The translations under genes and the position numbers were made by a program. This document shows positions 1 to 10,988 of a stretch of DNA of 57,767 bases, piece by piece; position 1 is the stretch's first letter; each line of letters begins with the position of its first letter. The notes under the pieces are model-generated. The model worked only from the letters and a program-made list of their open reading frames with translations. It had not been told where the DNA came from and did no database searches. Origin of the DNA: an uncultured Cetobacterium sp. (GTDB lineage: Bacteria; Fusobacteriota; Fusobacteriia; Fusobacteriales; Fusobacteriaceae). The stretch is from the NCBI RefSeq assembly GCF_947039425.1, contig NZ_CAMQYW010000001.1, positions 1 to 57,767 of the forward strand, read 5' to 3'.

Positions 1-75
1 GAGGATAGGAAGTTGCCAATCTTTTTTTTATTTTTTGTAAAAATCATGTTATAATTTTAGAAAAAAGGGGAGATT

Positions 76-621
76 ATGAAAAAAATAATATTTTTAGATA
101 GAGATGGAACTATAAATGTTGAAAAATCATATTTACATAAATGGGAAGACTTTGAATTTGAAAAAAATGTAATTGTTGGATTAATAGAGCTTAAAAAGTT
201 AGGGTATGAATTTATAGTAGTTACAAATCAATCTGGAATAGCTAGAGGATATTATACAGAGGAAGATTTAACTTTATTAAATAGTAAGATGATAGAAAAA
301 TTAAAAGAGTTTGAAATTGATATACTTGATTGTTTTTATTGTCCTCATCATTTGGAAAAGGGGATAGGAAAATATAAAATAGATTGTTCATGTAGAAAAC
401 CAAATCCTGGAATGATATTCAAAGGATTAGAAAAATATGAGATAGATATTGAAAATTCATATATGGTTGGAGATAAATTAAGTGATTTAGAAGCGGGAGA
501 AAAAGCAGGTTTAAAATCAATATTAGTAACAACAGGTTATGGAAAAAATATTGAAAAAGAGTGTAATAAAAAATATAGTGTAGCTAAAGATTTATTAGAA
601 GTTGCAAAAATTATAAAATAA
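76..621 (+). CDS. gmhB: D-glycero-beta-D-manno-heptose 1,7-bisphosphate 7-phosphatase (HAD IIIA)
   Basis: FLDRDGTIN HAD motif, VTNQSGIARG, Zn motif CPHH...CSCRKP, GDKLSD; GGGGAG RBS. Confidence 0.93.
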   Translation: MKKIIFLDRDGTINVEKSYLHKWEDFEFEKNVIVGLIELKKLGYEFIVVTNQSGIARGYYTEEDLTLLNSKMIEKLKEFEIDILDCFYCPHHLEKGIGKYKIDCSCRKPNPGMIFKGLEKYEIDIENSYMVGDKLSDLEAGEKAGLKSILVTTGYGKNIEKECNKKYSVAKDLLEVAKIIK

Positions 622-650
622 AAATAGCACCTTTGTAGGGTGCTATTTTT
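621..650. terminator. Bidirectional intrinsic terminator
   Basis: AAAATAGCACC-loop-GGTGCTATTTT between convergent genes. Confidence 0.8.
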
Positions 651-1690
651 TAAAATAGTATTTTTATTAAGATAAGGGCAGAAATAACTTGAACACTTCC
701 AACAGCTAAACCATAAAGAGAGGCTTTAGGTCCTTGAGCTATTAGCTCAGCAATTTTAACTCTCATTCCAATTCCAGCAAGAGCTATTATTTCAAATTTT
801 GAAGAAATCGATTTGAAAATTTTAGAGATTTCTATAGGAATTAAACCGATAGAAAAAAGTGAACAAAGAATAAAAAATCCAATTATATACCAAGGAACAG
901 ATATTTTATTTTTTTTCTCTTTAGCATAAGTTTCTTTTTCTAAAACAAATTCAGTGTCATTAATAATTTCTTGTTCATCTTGAAAAGAGTGTCTTTTGGC
1001 AAAAAACATCACTACAAAAACTAAAAATACAATTCTAACAATTTTAAATATAGTTGCCATTTCTAAAACATGTTCATTGACCATACTTCCAGCAGCAACA
1101 ACTTGTCCAACCGATTGTAAAATACCACCTAATAAAGCAGATGTTTTTAATGGGTCAAAATTGAAAAGTGTTTTAGCAATTGGAATTAATGCAAACATAA
1201 GAACAGTTCCTGTTAGGTTAACAATAGTTATTGATATACCTTTTTCAGCATCTTCAGCTTTAACAACAGGAGCAGTTGCTCCAATAGCAGAAGAACCGCA
1301 AACAGCGTTACCACTAGCCATTAAAGATTGGAATTTTTTGGAAAAACCTAATTTTTTTCCTAAAAATATAGCAGCACTAAGGGTAATAATCATTTGAATT
1401 AAAATAAATCCAATTCCATTAAAACCTAGTTGAAAAATAGTTTTAACACTTAAAGTTCCACCTAAAAGAACAATTGAATATGATAATAAATCACTTTCAG
1501 AAAATTTTGAGCCATCTGCAAACTTTTTTGATTTTGCAAAAGTATTACCGGCTAAAATTCCAAAGAATATAGCTAAAGGAGCACCACCAATACTTGGGAT
1601 AAATTTACCAAAGAAAACACCTAGTTGAGCTAGAAAAATACAAAGAACAACTCCAGGAATTCTAGATTTAAATTGATTGATATATTTCAT
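650..1690 (-). CDS. YeiH/UPF0324 (putative sulfate exporter family) membrane protein
   Basis: Multi-TM protein; GNAVCGSSAIGATAP, QSVGQVVAAG, K-I-V-R and PWYIIGF motifs. Confidence 0.88.
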   Translation of the reverse strand: MKYINQFKSRIPGVVLCIFLAQLGVFFGKFIPSIGGAPLAIFFGILAGNTFAKSKKFADGSKFSESDLLSYSIVLLGGTLSVKTIFQLGFNGIGFILIQMIITLSAAIFLGKKLGFSKKFQSLMASGNAVCGSSAIGATAPVVKAEDAEKGISITIVNLTGTVLMFALIPIAKTLFNFDPLKTSALLGGILQSVGQVVAAGSMVNEHVLEMATIFKIVRIVFLVFVVMFFAKRHSFQDEQEIINDTEFVLEKETYAKEKKNKISVPWYIIGFFILCSLFSIGLIPIEISKIFKSISSKFEIIALAGIGMRVKIAELIAQGPKASLYGLAVGSVQVISALILIKILF

Positions 1691-1845
1691 TTTACAAATC
1701 TCCTTATTAATTTAATTTATTGGTTATTATAACACTTTTTTGTGAAAAATAAAACAATTTTCTGAATCGATATTCAAAAATAAAAAAGATAGCTTCTTTT
1801 ATACATAAGACCTTAATTTGAAAGGGATTTGAACTACCTATAAAA

Positions 1846-1874
1846 TTGACTATTAAATCTAATTATGGTACTAT
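1846..1874 (+). promoter_or_regulatory. sigma70-type promoter of secA
   Basis: TTGACT-17 nt-TACTAT with upstream TG. Confidence 0.6.
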
Positions 1875-1917
1875 ATGAAATAGTAGAACATAAAAAAAGA
1901 CTAGGAAGGATAAGGGA

Positions 1918-4536
1918 ATGTTAGGAGATTTATTAAAGAAAATTTTCGGTACAAGAAATGACAGAGAGATAAAAAGAATTAAAAAATTAGTAACATTAAT
2001 AAACTCGTTAGAACCAGAAATAGAAAAACTTACAGATGAAGAATTAAAAGGAAAAACAGAGGAATTTAGAGAAAGACTTGAAAAGGGTGAAACTTTAGAT
2101 GATCTTTTAGTTGAAGTTTTTGCTATTGTAAGAGAAGCATCAAAAAGAGTTCATGGAATGAGACATTATGATGTACAATTAGTTGGTGGAATTGTTCTTC
2201 ACGAAGGTAAAATAACAGAGATGAAAACCGGAGAAGGAAAAACATTAGTAGCAACAGCTCCTGTTTATTTAAATGCCCTTAGTAAAAAAGGTGTCCATGT
2301 AATAACAGTAAATGATTATCTAGCACAAAGAGATAGAGAAATAATGGCTAAAGTTTATGATTTCTTAGGATTAACATCAGGAGTAATAATTAATGGTTTA
2401 GAAAATGATGCAAGAAAATCTGCTTATTTAGCTGATGTAACATATGGTACAAACTCTGAATTTGGTTTTGATTATCTAAGAGATAATATGGTAAATAGTG
2501 CAGAAAATAAAGTTCAAAGACCATTAAATTTCTGTATTGTTGATGAAGTAGATTCAATACTAATTGATGAAGCAAGAACACCACTTATTATTTCAGGAGC
2601 AGCTTCTGAAACAACAAAATGGTATGGAATATTTTGTCAAATTGCTTTTAGATTAGAAAGAAGTACAGAAACTGAAAAAATAGAAGCAAAGCAAAAGAAA
2701 GAAATGACAATTCCTGATGAACAGTGGGGAGACTATGAAGTTGATGAAAAAACTAAAAATATAGTATTAACAGATAAAGGAATTAGAAATGTAGAACAAA
2801 TGTTAAATATTGATAATTTATATTCACCAGAGCATGTTGAGTTAACTCATTACTTAAATCAAGCATTAAAAGCTAAAGAGCTATTTATAAAGGATAGAGA
2901 CTATTTAATAACAGAAGGAGAAGTTATTATAATAGATGAGTTCACAGGAAGAGCTATGGAAGGAAGAAGATACTCAGATGGACTACATCAAGCAATAGAA
3001 GCTAAAGAAGGCGTTCATGTAGCGGGAGAAAATCAAACTTTAGCGTCAATAACACTTCAGAATTACTTTAGAATGTATAAAAAATTAGCAGGAATGACTG
3101 GTACTGCAGAAACTGAGGCTTCTGAATTTATGCATACATATGGTTTAGAAGTAGTTGTAATACCAACAAATAAACCAATAAAAAGAACTGATTTTCCAGA
3201 CTTAGTTTATAAAAATAAAAAAGAAAAAATAGATGCAATTATAAAAAGAATAGAAGAGCTTTATATTAAGGGACAACCGGTTCTTGTAGGAACAGCTTCA
3301 ATTAAAAGTTCAGAAGAACTTTCTAATTTGTTAAAAGATAAAAAAATTCCACATAATGTTTTAAATGCAAAACTTCATGCTAAAGAAGCTGAAATTGTAT
3401 CACAAGCTGGAAGATATCAAGCTGTTACAATAGCTACAAATATGGCTGGTAGAGGAACAGATATTATGCTTGGAGGAAATCCAGAATTTAGAGCTATGGA
3501 TGAAATTGGAAATATTGATGTAGTTGAAGCTCCAGGTGTTTTAAATAAATATAAAAAAGAGTGTGAAGAGGAAAAACAAAAAGTTATAAGTCTTGGAGGA
3601 TTATTTATTTTAGGAACAGAAAGACATGAATCTAGAAGAATAGATAATCAATTGAGAGGAAGAGCTGGAAGACAGGGAGATCCTGGAGCCTCTGAATTTT
3701 ATCTATCTTTAGAAGATGATCTTATGAGATTATTTGGTTCAGAGAAAATTCAACATGTTATGGAAAGATTAGGATTACCAGAAGGGGAATCTATTCAACA
3801 TAAAATGATAAATAGAGCGATAGAAAATGCTCAAAAGAAAGTTGAATCTAGAAACTTTGGTATTAGAAAAAATCTTCTTGAGTTTGATGATGTTATGAAT
3901 AAACAAAGAGAAGCAATATATGCAAGTAGAAATGAAGCTTTAGAGAAAGAGGATTTAAAAGAGACAATATTAGGAATGTTAAAATCTAGTATTTCAGATA
4001 TCGTTGTGGAAAGATTTGTTGGAGAATATAAAGAAGAATGGGATATTAAAGGTGTAGCTGAACTATTAAAAGAAAAGTATGATTTTGAAATAACAGATTT
4101 CGAAGAATATAAAGGATTAACAGTTGAAGAATATGTAGATATTCTTTTCAATAAAATACTGGCTCAGTACGAAGAGAGAGAAAATGAATTGACTTCAGAA
4201 ATAATGAGAAAAGTTGAAAAATATGTATTGTTTGAAGTAGTAGATTCAAGATGGAGAGAACATTTAAAAGCACTAGATGCTTTGAGAGAAGGAATTTATT
4301 TAAGATCTTATGGACAAAAAGATCCGTTAGTTGAATATAAGATAATTTCAGGAGATATGTATTCTAAAATGCTTTCAACTATTAAAACTGAAGTAACATC
4401 ATATATGTTTAAAGTTGTAGTGAAAAATCCTGAAGATGAAATTCTTGAACCAGGAGATATGGAAGAGTTAGATTATGATTCACCATGTTCTTGTGGAAGT
4501 GGAAAAATATACGGAAAATGTTGTGGAAGAGTGTAG
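1918..4536 (+). CDS. secA: Preprotein translocase ATPase SecA
   Basis: [57 protein letters not shown]-terminal CSCGSGK..KCC. Confidence 0.99.
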   Translation: MLGDLLKKIFGTRNDREIKRIKKLVTLINSLEPEIEKLTDEELKGKTEEFRERLEKGETLDDLLVEVFAIVREASKRVHGMRHYDVQLVGGIVLHEGKITEMKTGEGKTLVATAPVYLNALSKKGVHVITVNDYLAQRDREIMAKVYDFLGLTSGVIINGLENDARKSAYLADVTYGTNSEFGFDYLRDNMVNSAENKVQRPLNFCIVDEVDSILIDEARTPLIISGAASETTKWYGIFCQIAFRLERSTETEKIEAKQKKEMTIPDEQWGDYEVDEKTKNIVLTDKGIRNVEQMLNIDNLYSPEHVELTHYLNQALKAKELFIKDRDYLITEGEVIIIDEFTGRAMEGRRYSDGLHQAIEAKEGVHVAGENQTLASITLQNYFRMYKKLAGMTGTAETEASEFMHTYGLEVVVIPTNKPIKRTDFPDLVYKNKKEKIDAIIKRIEELYIKGQPVLVGTASIKSSEELSNLLKDKKIPHNVLNAKLHAKEAEIVSQAGRYQAVTIATNMAGRGTDIMLGGNPEFRAMDEIGNIDVVEAPGVLNKYKKECEEEKQKVISLGGLFILGTERHESRRIDNQLRGRAGRQGDPGASEFYLSLEDDLMRLFGSEKIQHVMERLGLPEGESIQHKMINRAIENAQKKVESRNFGIRKNLLEFDDVMNKQREAIYASRNEALEKEDLKETILGMLKSSISDIVVERFVGEYKEEWDIKGVAELLKEKYDFEITDFEEYKGLTVEEYVDILFNKILAQYEERENELTSEIMRKVEKYVLFEVVDSRWREHLKALDALREGIYLRSYGQKDPLVEYKIISGDMYSKMLSTIKTEVTSYMFKVVVKNPEDEILEPGDMEELDYDSPCSCGSGKIYGKCCGRV

Positions 4537-4545
4537 GGAGGAATA

Positions 4546-5280
4546 ATGAAAAAGGTTATTTTACTGATAATGATGGCATCTCTTGTAGGATGTAGTGCTT
4601 TAAGAAGAAATGACGTAAATATTCAAGAAAAATATAAAATAAATACTGTTGCAATGAAAAATTGGGAAGAAACTTTTGGAAAAGTAATGGTAGGAGAATC
4701 TGAATTAGAAGATTGGTATGGAGCAGAAAATCCTATAAAATTCTTGGCTCAAACAGGTAAATTAGATGAAAAACAGGTTAAATTTTTAGATTCTTTAAAA
4801 ACAGAAAAAACTATAACAGAAGATCAACAAGAAAAGTTTATATCTATTTTAGATAAAATTGTAGATAAGTTACCAAGAGAATATTTTTTAAAGGATGAAA
4901 ATTTAAAAGATCCAAGTGGACTTGCTAAATATATGGTGACTCAATCATATATTAGATTACAAAATCCATCTAACCATATAAAAGATAAAGTAGCTACACA
5001 AGAGGAATGGAATGAGATAATAGCTTATTCTAAGCAAAATGATATGTCAGAAAAAGACACTAAGAATTTCAGAAAACTTTTAAATAGATTTATGAAAAGA
5101 AGTGAATTTTTTGATTCAAGATCATGGTATACAATAGAAGTATCACCAAGAATGATCCAAGTAAATAATATTTATAAAAAAGAGGATAAAACAAAATTAG
5201 AGAAAAATAATATAAATGCAAAAGCAATGTATATTGCTTATTCTGAGTATTTTTCGAAATTAGATAAATGGGATGATTAA
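4546..5280 (+). CDS. Uncharacterised lipoprotein
   Basis: Signal peptide with lipobox LVGC; GGGAGG RBS; 9 nt after the secA stop. Confidence 0.8.
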   Translation: MKKVILLIMMASLVGCSALRRNDVNIQEKYKINTVAMKNWEETFGKVMVGESELEDWYGAENPIKFLAQTGKLDEKQVKFLDSLKTEKTITEDQQEKFISILDKIVDKLPREYFLKDENLKDPSGLAKYMVTQSYIRLQNPSNHIKDKVATQEEWNEIIAYSKQNDMSEKDTKNFRKLLNRFMKRSEFFDSRSWYTIEVSPRMIQVNNIYKKEDKTKLEKNNINAKAMYIAYSEYFSKLDKWDD

Positions 5281-5287
5281 AAAATAA

Positions 5288-5318
5288 AATTATGGCGCCT
5301 TTTTAAGGCGCCATAATT
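5288..5318. terminator. Perfect 14-bp hairpin (terminator or mRNA stabiliser)
   Basis: AATTATGGCGCCTT-TTT-AAGGCGCCATAATT. Confidence 0.65.
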
Positions 5319-5355
5319 ACTTGAAAAGCAAATATTTCTTTTAGGAGGAGTTTAT

Positions 5356-6195
5356 ATGAGCTTAGACACTAAATATTATGATTTGCATTTACATACAACT
5401 TATTCAGATGGAACTTTTTCTGTAAAAGAACTTTTAGAAAGAGCAAAAAGAAATGGAATGAGTGGAATTTCTATAACTGATCATGACACAATGGATGGAA
5501 TTGAAGAAGGAATAGAAGAATCTAAAAAAATAGGTATTGATTTTATCCCTGGAATAGAGTTCTCTTGTTCTTTAGAAGGATTAGAAATTCATATATTAGG
5601 TTATTTTTTAGATATTCATTGTGAAAAATTAAAAATAAATTTAGAAAAACTTAAAGAAGCTAGAGATGAAAGAAATATTAAAATTGTTAAGAAGTTAAAT
5701 GATAGAGGACTAAAAATAACTTTAGAAGATATAAAAAAAGAGGCTGTTGGAAATATAGTTAGTAGAGCTCATATTTGTAATGCAATGATGAATAAAGGGT
5801 ATGTATATTCAAAAGGCGAAGCTTTTAAACAGTATTTAGGAAGAACAGGATCAGCTTATGTTGAGAAAAGAGATTCAAATCCAATTGAAATAATAAAATT
5901 AATAAAAGAGTGTGGAGGAATATCTTCTCTTGCACACCCTATTTTTATTTGTGAATCAAGAGAGAAAATAGAGAAGATTTTAGAAAAGTTAATAGATGCA
6001 GGATTAGATGGAATAGAAACAAACTATAGTTCTTATACATCAAAAGAAAAAAAATATTTTTCAAAATTAGCAGATAAATATAATTTATTAAAAACTGGTG
6101 GTTCTGATTTCCATGGAGAGAATAGAATTGGAATAGATATTGGGAAAGCTTATATTTATGGTGAAGATGTAGAAAAATTTATGAGTAGAAAATAA
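5356..6195 (+). CDS. PHP-domain metal-dependent phosphoesterase (TrpH/YciV-like)
   Basis: DLHLHT.YSDG, ITDHD, GIEFS, HILGY, LAHP, GGSDFHG. Confidence 0.9.
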   Translation: MSLDTKYYDLHLHTTYSDGTFSVKELLERAKRNGMSGISITDHDTMDGIEEGIEESKKIGIDFIPGIEFSCSLEGLEIHILGYFLDIHCEKLKINLEKLKEARDERNIKIVKKLNDRGLKITLEDIKKEAVGNIVSRAHICNAMMNKGYVYSKGEAFKQYLGRTGSAYVEKRDSNPIEIIKLIKECGGISSLAHPIFICESREKIEKILEKLIDAGLDGIETNYSSYTSKEKKYFSKLADKYNLLKTGGSDFHGENRIGIDIGKAYIYGEDVEKFMSRK

Positions 6196-6209
6196 GGAGG
6201 TAAATTATT

Positions 6210-7205
6210 ATGATTATAGTAACAGGAGCTGCAGGATTTATAGGAAGTGCTTATATTTGGAAATTAAATGAAATGGGAATAACAGATATTTTAGCTGTTG
6301 ATAAATTAAGACATGAAGAAAAATGGTTAAATTTAAGAAAGAGAGATTATACCGACTGGTGTGATAAAGAGGAGTTATTTGATTGGCTTGCAGTTGAAGA
6401 AAATGCTAAAAAAGTTACAGGGGTATTACATATGGGAGCGATTTCTGCAACAACTGAAACTGATGGTGACTTATTGATGAAAAATAACTATGAATATTCT
6501 AAAAAGTTATGGGAATTTTGTACAAAAAGAGATATAACTTATGTGTATGCTTCATCAGCAGCAACTTATGGTGGAGGAGAACAAGGATATTCTGATGAAG
6601 GAACACCAGAAGAATTAAAGAAATTATTACCTTTAAATAAATATGGATATTCTAAAAAGTTTTTTGATGATTGGGCATTTAAACAAAAAGAAGCTCCAAA
6701 ACAATGGATAGGAGCTAAATTCTTTAATGTTTATGGTCCACAAGAGTATCATAAAGGAAGAATGGCATCAATGGTATTCCATACTTTTAATCAATATGAG
6801 GAAAATGGTGGAGTAAAATTATTTAAATCTCATAAAGAGGGATATAATGATGGGGAGCAGCTTAGAGATTTTGTTTATATTAAAGATGTAGTTGATATGC
6901 TTTACTTCTGTATGTTTAATAAAGTACCATCAGGAGTTTATAATATAGGAACTGGAAAAGCTAGAAGTTTCTTTGATTTATCTATGGAAACAATGAAGAA
7001 TGCAAGTGAAAATTTGAAATTAAAATCTGAGCATGTAATTGAATTTGTACCAATGCCTGAGGATTTAAGAGGAAGATATCAATATTTTACAGAGGCATCA
7101 ATGGATAAGTTAAGAGAAGCAGGATATAATAAACCATTCCACTCTTTAGAAGAGGGAGTAGCAGATTATGTATCTTATTTAAAAAAGGAAGATAGTTACC
7201 TATAG
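6210..7205 (+). CDS. hldD: ADP-L-glycero-D-manno-heptose 6-epimerase
   Basis: MIIVTGAAGFIGS, YASSAATYG, YGYSK, FNVYGPQEYHKGRMASM, YQYFTEA. Confidence 0.95.
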   Translation: MIIVTGAAGFIGSAYIWKLNEMGITDILAVDKLRHEEKWLNLRKRDYTDWCDKEELFDWLAVEENAKKVTGVLHMGAISATTETDGDLLMKNNYEYSKKLWEFCTKRDITYVYASSAATYGGGEQGYSDEGTPEELKKLLPLNKYGYSKKFFDDWAFKQKEAPKQWIGAKFFNVYGPQEYHKGRMASMVFHTFNQYEENGGVKLFKSHKEGYNDGEQLRDFVYIKDVVDMLYFCMFNKVPSGVYNIGTGKARSFFDLSMETMKNASENLKLKSEHVIEFVPMPEDLRGRYQYFTEASMDKLREAGYNKPFHSLEEGVADYVSYLKKEDSYL

Positions 7206-7213
7206 GAGGAGTA

Positions 7214-8017
7214 ATGAACCCATTTTTACTAGTTATAATACTAGGAATAGTTGAAGGAATGACAGAGTTTGTACCTGTAAGTAGTACAGGACATATGATA
7301 CTTGTAGAAAGATTTATAAACTCACCACAGGTATCAAAAGGATTTATGGATAGTTTTTTAGTTATAATTCAATTTGGAGCAATTTTATCAGTTGTTGCTT
7401 ATTTTTGGAAAGACTTAACTCCCTTTGTGAAGACAAAAGAGGAGTTTAATAAAAAATTATCGTTGTGGAGTAAAATTATTGTTGGAGTTTTACCAGCTGG
7501 AGTAATTGGACTTTTAGCAGATGATTATATATCAGAGTTTTTTATGGATAATACAACAATAGTAGCCTCTATGCTGATTTTATATGGAATTATTTTTATT
7601 TTAATTGAAAGAAAAAATTTAAAGGGAAATATTAATTCTATAAAAGAGATATCTTATAAACTTGCATTAACAATTGGATTTTTTCAATGTTTAGCAATGA
7701 TACCAGGGACATCTCGTTCAGGAGCTACAATATTAGGAGCACTACTTTTAGGAGTTTCTAGAGGAGTTGCAGCAGAGTATTCATTCTTTTTAGCAATTCC
7801 AACAATGGCAGGAGCAACATTATTAAAATTATTAAAAAATGGGTTGAATTTTACTACTTTAGAGTGGCAATTATTAGGAATAGGGTCAGTTGTATCTTTT
7901 GTGGTAGCATATATTGTTATAAAATGGTTTATGGGGTATATTCGTCAAAAGACATTTAAGGTCTTTGGAATTTATAGAATCATTTTAGGTATTTTAGTTT
8001 TACTTTTAATGAAATAA
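7214..8017 (+). CDS. uppP: Undecaprenyl-diphosphate phosphatase (BacA)
   Basis: GIVEGMTEFVPVSSTGH, PGTSRSGATI, AAEYSFFLAIP. Confidence 0.96.
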   Translation: MNPFLLVIILGIVEGMTEFVPVSSTGHMILVERFINSPQVSKGFMDSFLVIIQFGAILSVVAYFWKDLTPFVKTKEEFNKKLSLWSKIIVGVLPAGVIGLLADDYISEFFMDNTTIVASMLILYGIIFILIERKNLKGNINSIKEISYKLALTIGFFQCLAMIPGTSRSGATILGALLLGVSRGVAAEYSFFLAIPTMAGATLLKLLKNGLNFTTLEWQLLGIGSVVSFVVAYIVIKWFMGYIRQKTFKVFGIYRIILGILVLLLMK

Positions 8018-8036
8018 AAGAATTGGAGTTGGAGCA

Positions 8037-9431
8037 GTGTCAATAGTAACAAACTTTCCTCTAAGCGAAAAAAGTGTTGAGGAATTTATAAGAATATTAT
8101 TACCTGAGGGTATGGATAAAAATATAGTAGCAAAAGCAAAGAATATAAATAATACAATAGAAATTGAAGTTGAAATTGATGGTAAAAAAGGAATAATGAT
8201 AGAGGAAGATTTTGAACATTTAGTTGAAGATCAGAAAGTAATTATGTTGAAAGGAACTTTATTAAAGGCATATGAAAAGAAATATCCTTGGGGAAGTTTA
8301 ATAGGAGTTCGTCCTACTAAAATGACAAGAAGATTTTTAAATATGGGATTTCCAAAAGATAGAGTGAAAAAATTATTGAAAAATATGTATTTAGCAACAG
8401 ATGAAAAGATAGAGCTGTTAATGCAAGTTATAGAAACAGAAGAGAAACTCTTGAATAAAGAAAGAATGAACATGTATATTGGAATACCTTTTTGTCCATC
8501 AAAATGTAGATATTGTTCTTTTGCATCTTATGAAATAGGAAGTGCTCTTGGAAGATTTTATAAAAGTTTTGTAGAAACTCTTCTTGAAGAGATAAAACTT
8601 GTTGGAGAACTTTCAAGAGAAAAAGATTTTAAATATGAATCGTTATATATTGGCGGAGGAACTCCAAGTACATTGACAGTTGAAGATACAGAAAGAGTTT
8701 TAAAGGCTATACATGAGAATATCAATCTGAGTAATTTAAAAGAATTTACTTTTGAAGCTGGAAGAGAAGATGCTATAACGAGAGAAAAATTAGAGGTTTT
8801 AAAAAAATATGGTGTTGATAGGGTTAGTTTAAATCCTCAAACCTTTAAAGAAAAAACACTTAAAGACTTAAATAGAATTTTTAATAGAGAACACTTTGAT
8901 AAAATTTATAAAGATATAAAAGAATTAGGATTTATTTTAAATATGGATATTATACTAGGTCTTCCTGGGGAAAGTATAGAAGATATTTTCAATACATTAA
9001 ATGAGTTAAAAAAATATGATATTGAAAATTTAACAGTACATGCTTTAGCGAAGAAAAAAGGTTCACCATTATATAGAGAAAACTTTGTTGAGTCAGAGGT
9101 AGAAAGAGTTTTAGTTGAGAATAAAATAAAAGAATTAGTTTTTGAAAAGGGAATGAAACCTTATTATATGTATAGACAAAAAAATAGCTTAGATTGGGGA
9201 GAAAATGTGGGGTACTCAATACCAGGATATGAGTCTAGATTTAATATAGAAATGATAGAGGAAAATCAACAAACTATGGGTCTTGGTGGAGGAGCTATAA
9301 GCAAATCTATGAAAAAAGAATCTGAATATATAGATCAAATAACAAGACTTGTAAATCCTAAAGATCCAGCTTTGTATATTGCAGAGATGAAAATGAGACA
9401 TTTAAAAAAAATAGAGTTATTTTCAGAATAG
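8037..9431 (+). CDS. hemZ: HemZ-type (HemN-like) radical SAM protein
   Basis: GTG start; PWGSLIGVRPTK, YIGIPFCPSKCRYCSF (CxxxCxxC), GGGTPS, PYYMYRQKN. Confidence 0.85.
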   Translation: MSIVTNFPLSEKSVEEFIRILLPEGMDKNIVAKAKNINNTIEIEVEIDGKKGIMIEEDFEHLVEDQKVIMLKGTLLKAYEKKYPWGSLIGVRPTKMTRRFLNMGFPKDRVKKLLKNMYLATDEKIELLMQVIETEEKLLNKERMNMYIGIPFCPSKCRYCSFASYEIGSALGRFYKSFVETLLEEIKLVGELSREKDFKYESLYIGGGTPSTLTVEDTERVLKAIHENINLSNLKEFTFEAGREDAITREKLEVLKKYGVDRVSLNPQTFKEKTLKDLNRIFNREHFDKIYKDIKELGFILNMDIILGLPGESIEDIFNTLNELKKYDIENLTVHALAKKKGSPLYRENFVESEVERVLVENKIKELVFEKGMKPYYMYRQKNSLDWGENVGYSIPGYESRFNIEMIEENQQTMGLGGGAISKSMKKESEYIDQITRLVNPKDPALYIAEMKMRHLKKIELFSE

Positions 9432-9438
9432 GAGAGTT

Positions 9439-9936
9439 ATGAAAAAAATAGTTTTTTTTATGATATTTTTATGTAACATATCTTTGATTTATCCACAATT
9501 AAATAGTAGCTTTAAAGTTATTCAAGGAAGAAATACTTTAGATGAAAAAGGAATGCTATTAGATATAAATAGAGCTTCAAAAGCAGATATGTTAAAAGTA
9601 AGCATCTCTAAAGGATATGTAGATAAAATAATTGAATATAGAGATATAACTGGTGGTTTTAAAAATCTAAAGGATATGAGAAGAATATCTGGAATTGGTA
9701 AAAAAACTTTTGAAAGATTGAAAGTTTTCTTTAAAATATCATCAAATATTACTTTAAAAAATTTTAATATAAATTCTGCAAATTTAAAAGTTTTAAAATA
9801 CTATGGTTTTAATAAAAAAGAGATAAAAAAAATAGAAATATTTAGAAAAAAACAAAAAATTAGAAATAATAATCAATTTAAAAAAATTATTTCTAAGGAA
9901 AAATATAAAGAGTTAAAAGATATTGTATCTTTTTAA
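9439..9936 (+). CDS. ComEA-like helix-hairpin-helix DNA-binding protein
   Basis: Hydrophobic N-terminus; DINRAS, IIEYR...GGF..L.DM..ISGIGKKTFERL; second INSA repeat. Confidence 0.8.
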   Translation: MKKIVFFMIFLCNISLIYPQLNSSFKVIQGRNTLDEKGMLLDINRASKADMLKVSISKGYVDKIIEYRDITGGFKNLKDMRRISGIGKKTFERLKVFFKISSNITLKNFNINSANLKVLKYYGFNKKEIKKIEIFRKKQKIRNNNQFKKIISKEKYKELKDIVSF

Positions 9937-9948
9937 AAAGGAGTAAAA

Positions 9949-10830
9949 ATGAGTAAAGTAATTAGAGGAACAACAAAAAGCTCAAGATTTGTTCTTGTAG
10001 ATGCAAAAGAGATTGTTCAAGAAGCATTAAATATTCACAAATGTAGTCCAACAGCCATAGCTGCTTTTGGAAGATTATTATCTGGGACAGTAATGATGGG
10101 AACCACATTAAAAGGAAATGATGTTTTAACACTTAGAACAACAACAGATGGACCATTATCAACAATGATAGCAACTATTAATAAAGATGGAATAAAGGGT
10201 TACTTGTCTAATCCAGAGGTAGATTTGCCATCTCTTGAAAATGGACAACCAGATGTTAAAAATTTAATTGGAAAAGGAGTCTTAAATGTAATTAAAGATT
10301 TAGGACTTAAAGATCCGTATGTGGGAGTATCAACTATAGAAGATGGAGAAATTGCATATGATATAGCTTATTACTATGTTACGTCAGAGCAAACACCAAC
10401 TGTTATAGCACTTGGTGTAGAATTAGAAAATGAAAATACAGTTAGATCAGCAGGAGGGTATATGATTCAATTAATGCCAAATGCTGAAGAGAGTTTTATT
10501 TCTAAATTAGAAAATAAAATAGGAGCTATAAGAAATATAACTGAATTATTTAAAGGTGGAATGGATTTAGAAAGAATATTACATCTACTATATGAAGATA
10601 TGGAAGATGAGAATAATACTAAGTTAATAGAAGAATACAGTATTTTAGACACGAGAGAAGTTAATTATGCTTGTGATTGTAATAGTGAAAAATTTTATAA
10701 AGGAATAATAACTTTAGCTAAAGATGAATTGGAAGATATATTAAAAGAGAATGGAAATATTGAGGTTCAATGTCATTTTTGTGGGAAAAAATACTCTTTC
10801 TCAAGAGAAGATTTAAAAGACGTTTTATAA
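9949..10830 (+). CDS. hslO: Redox-regulated chaperone Hsp33
   Basis: YYVTSEQTPT, AGGYMIQLMP, C-terminal CDC...CHFC zinc centre. Confidence 0.95.
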   Translation: MSKVIRGTTKSSRFVLVDAKEIVQEALNIHKCSPTAIAAFGRLLSGTVMMGTTLKGNDVLTLRTTTDGPLSTMIATINKDGIKGYLSNPEVDLPSLENGQPDVKNLIGKGVLNVIKDLGLKDPYVGVSTIEDGEIAYDIAYYYVTSEQTPTVIALGVELENENTVRSAGGYMIQLMPNAEESFISKLENKIGAIRNITELFKGGMDLERILHLLYEDMEDENNTKLIEEYSILDTREVNYACDCNSEKFYKGIITLAKDELEDILKENGNIEVQCHFCGKKYSFSREDLKDVL

Positions 10831-10838
10831 TTAAAGAC

Positions 10839-10869
10839 AAAAAGAAGGTTGGGAACAATCTTCTTTTTT
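10839..10869 (+). terminator. Intrinsic terminator after hslO
   Basis: AAAAGAAGGTTG-loop-CAATCTTCTTTTTT. Confidence 0.75.
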
Positions 10870-10988
10870 ATTATTGCAGTATTGATAATAGTATAAAATT
10901 AGAACGTAATAATAAAAATATAGACAAAAATAGATAAATATGGTATATATAAGTACGTTTAAAAATTTAGGACATTATGGAGGGGGAA

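Noticed and set aside
996-1397. 133-aa plus-strand ORF, and the similar 17954-18271 ORF
   Set aside because: Antisense shadows of the YeiH genes; no RBS or motif
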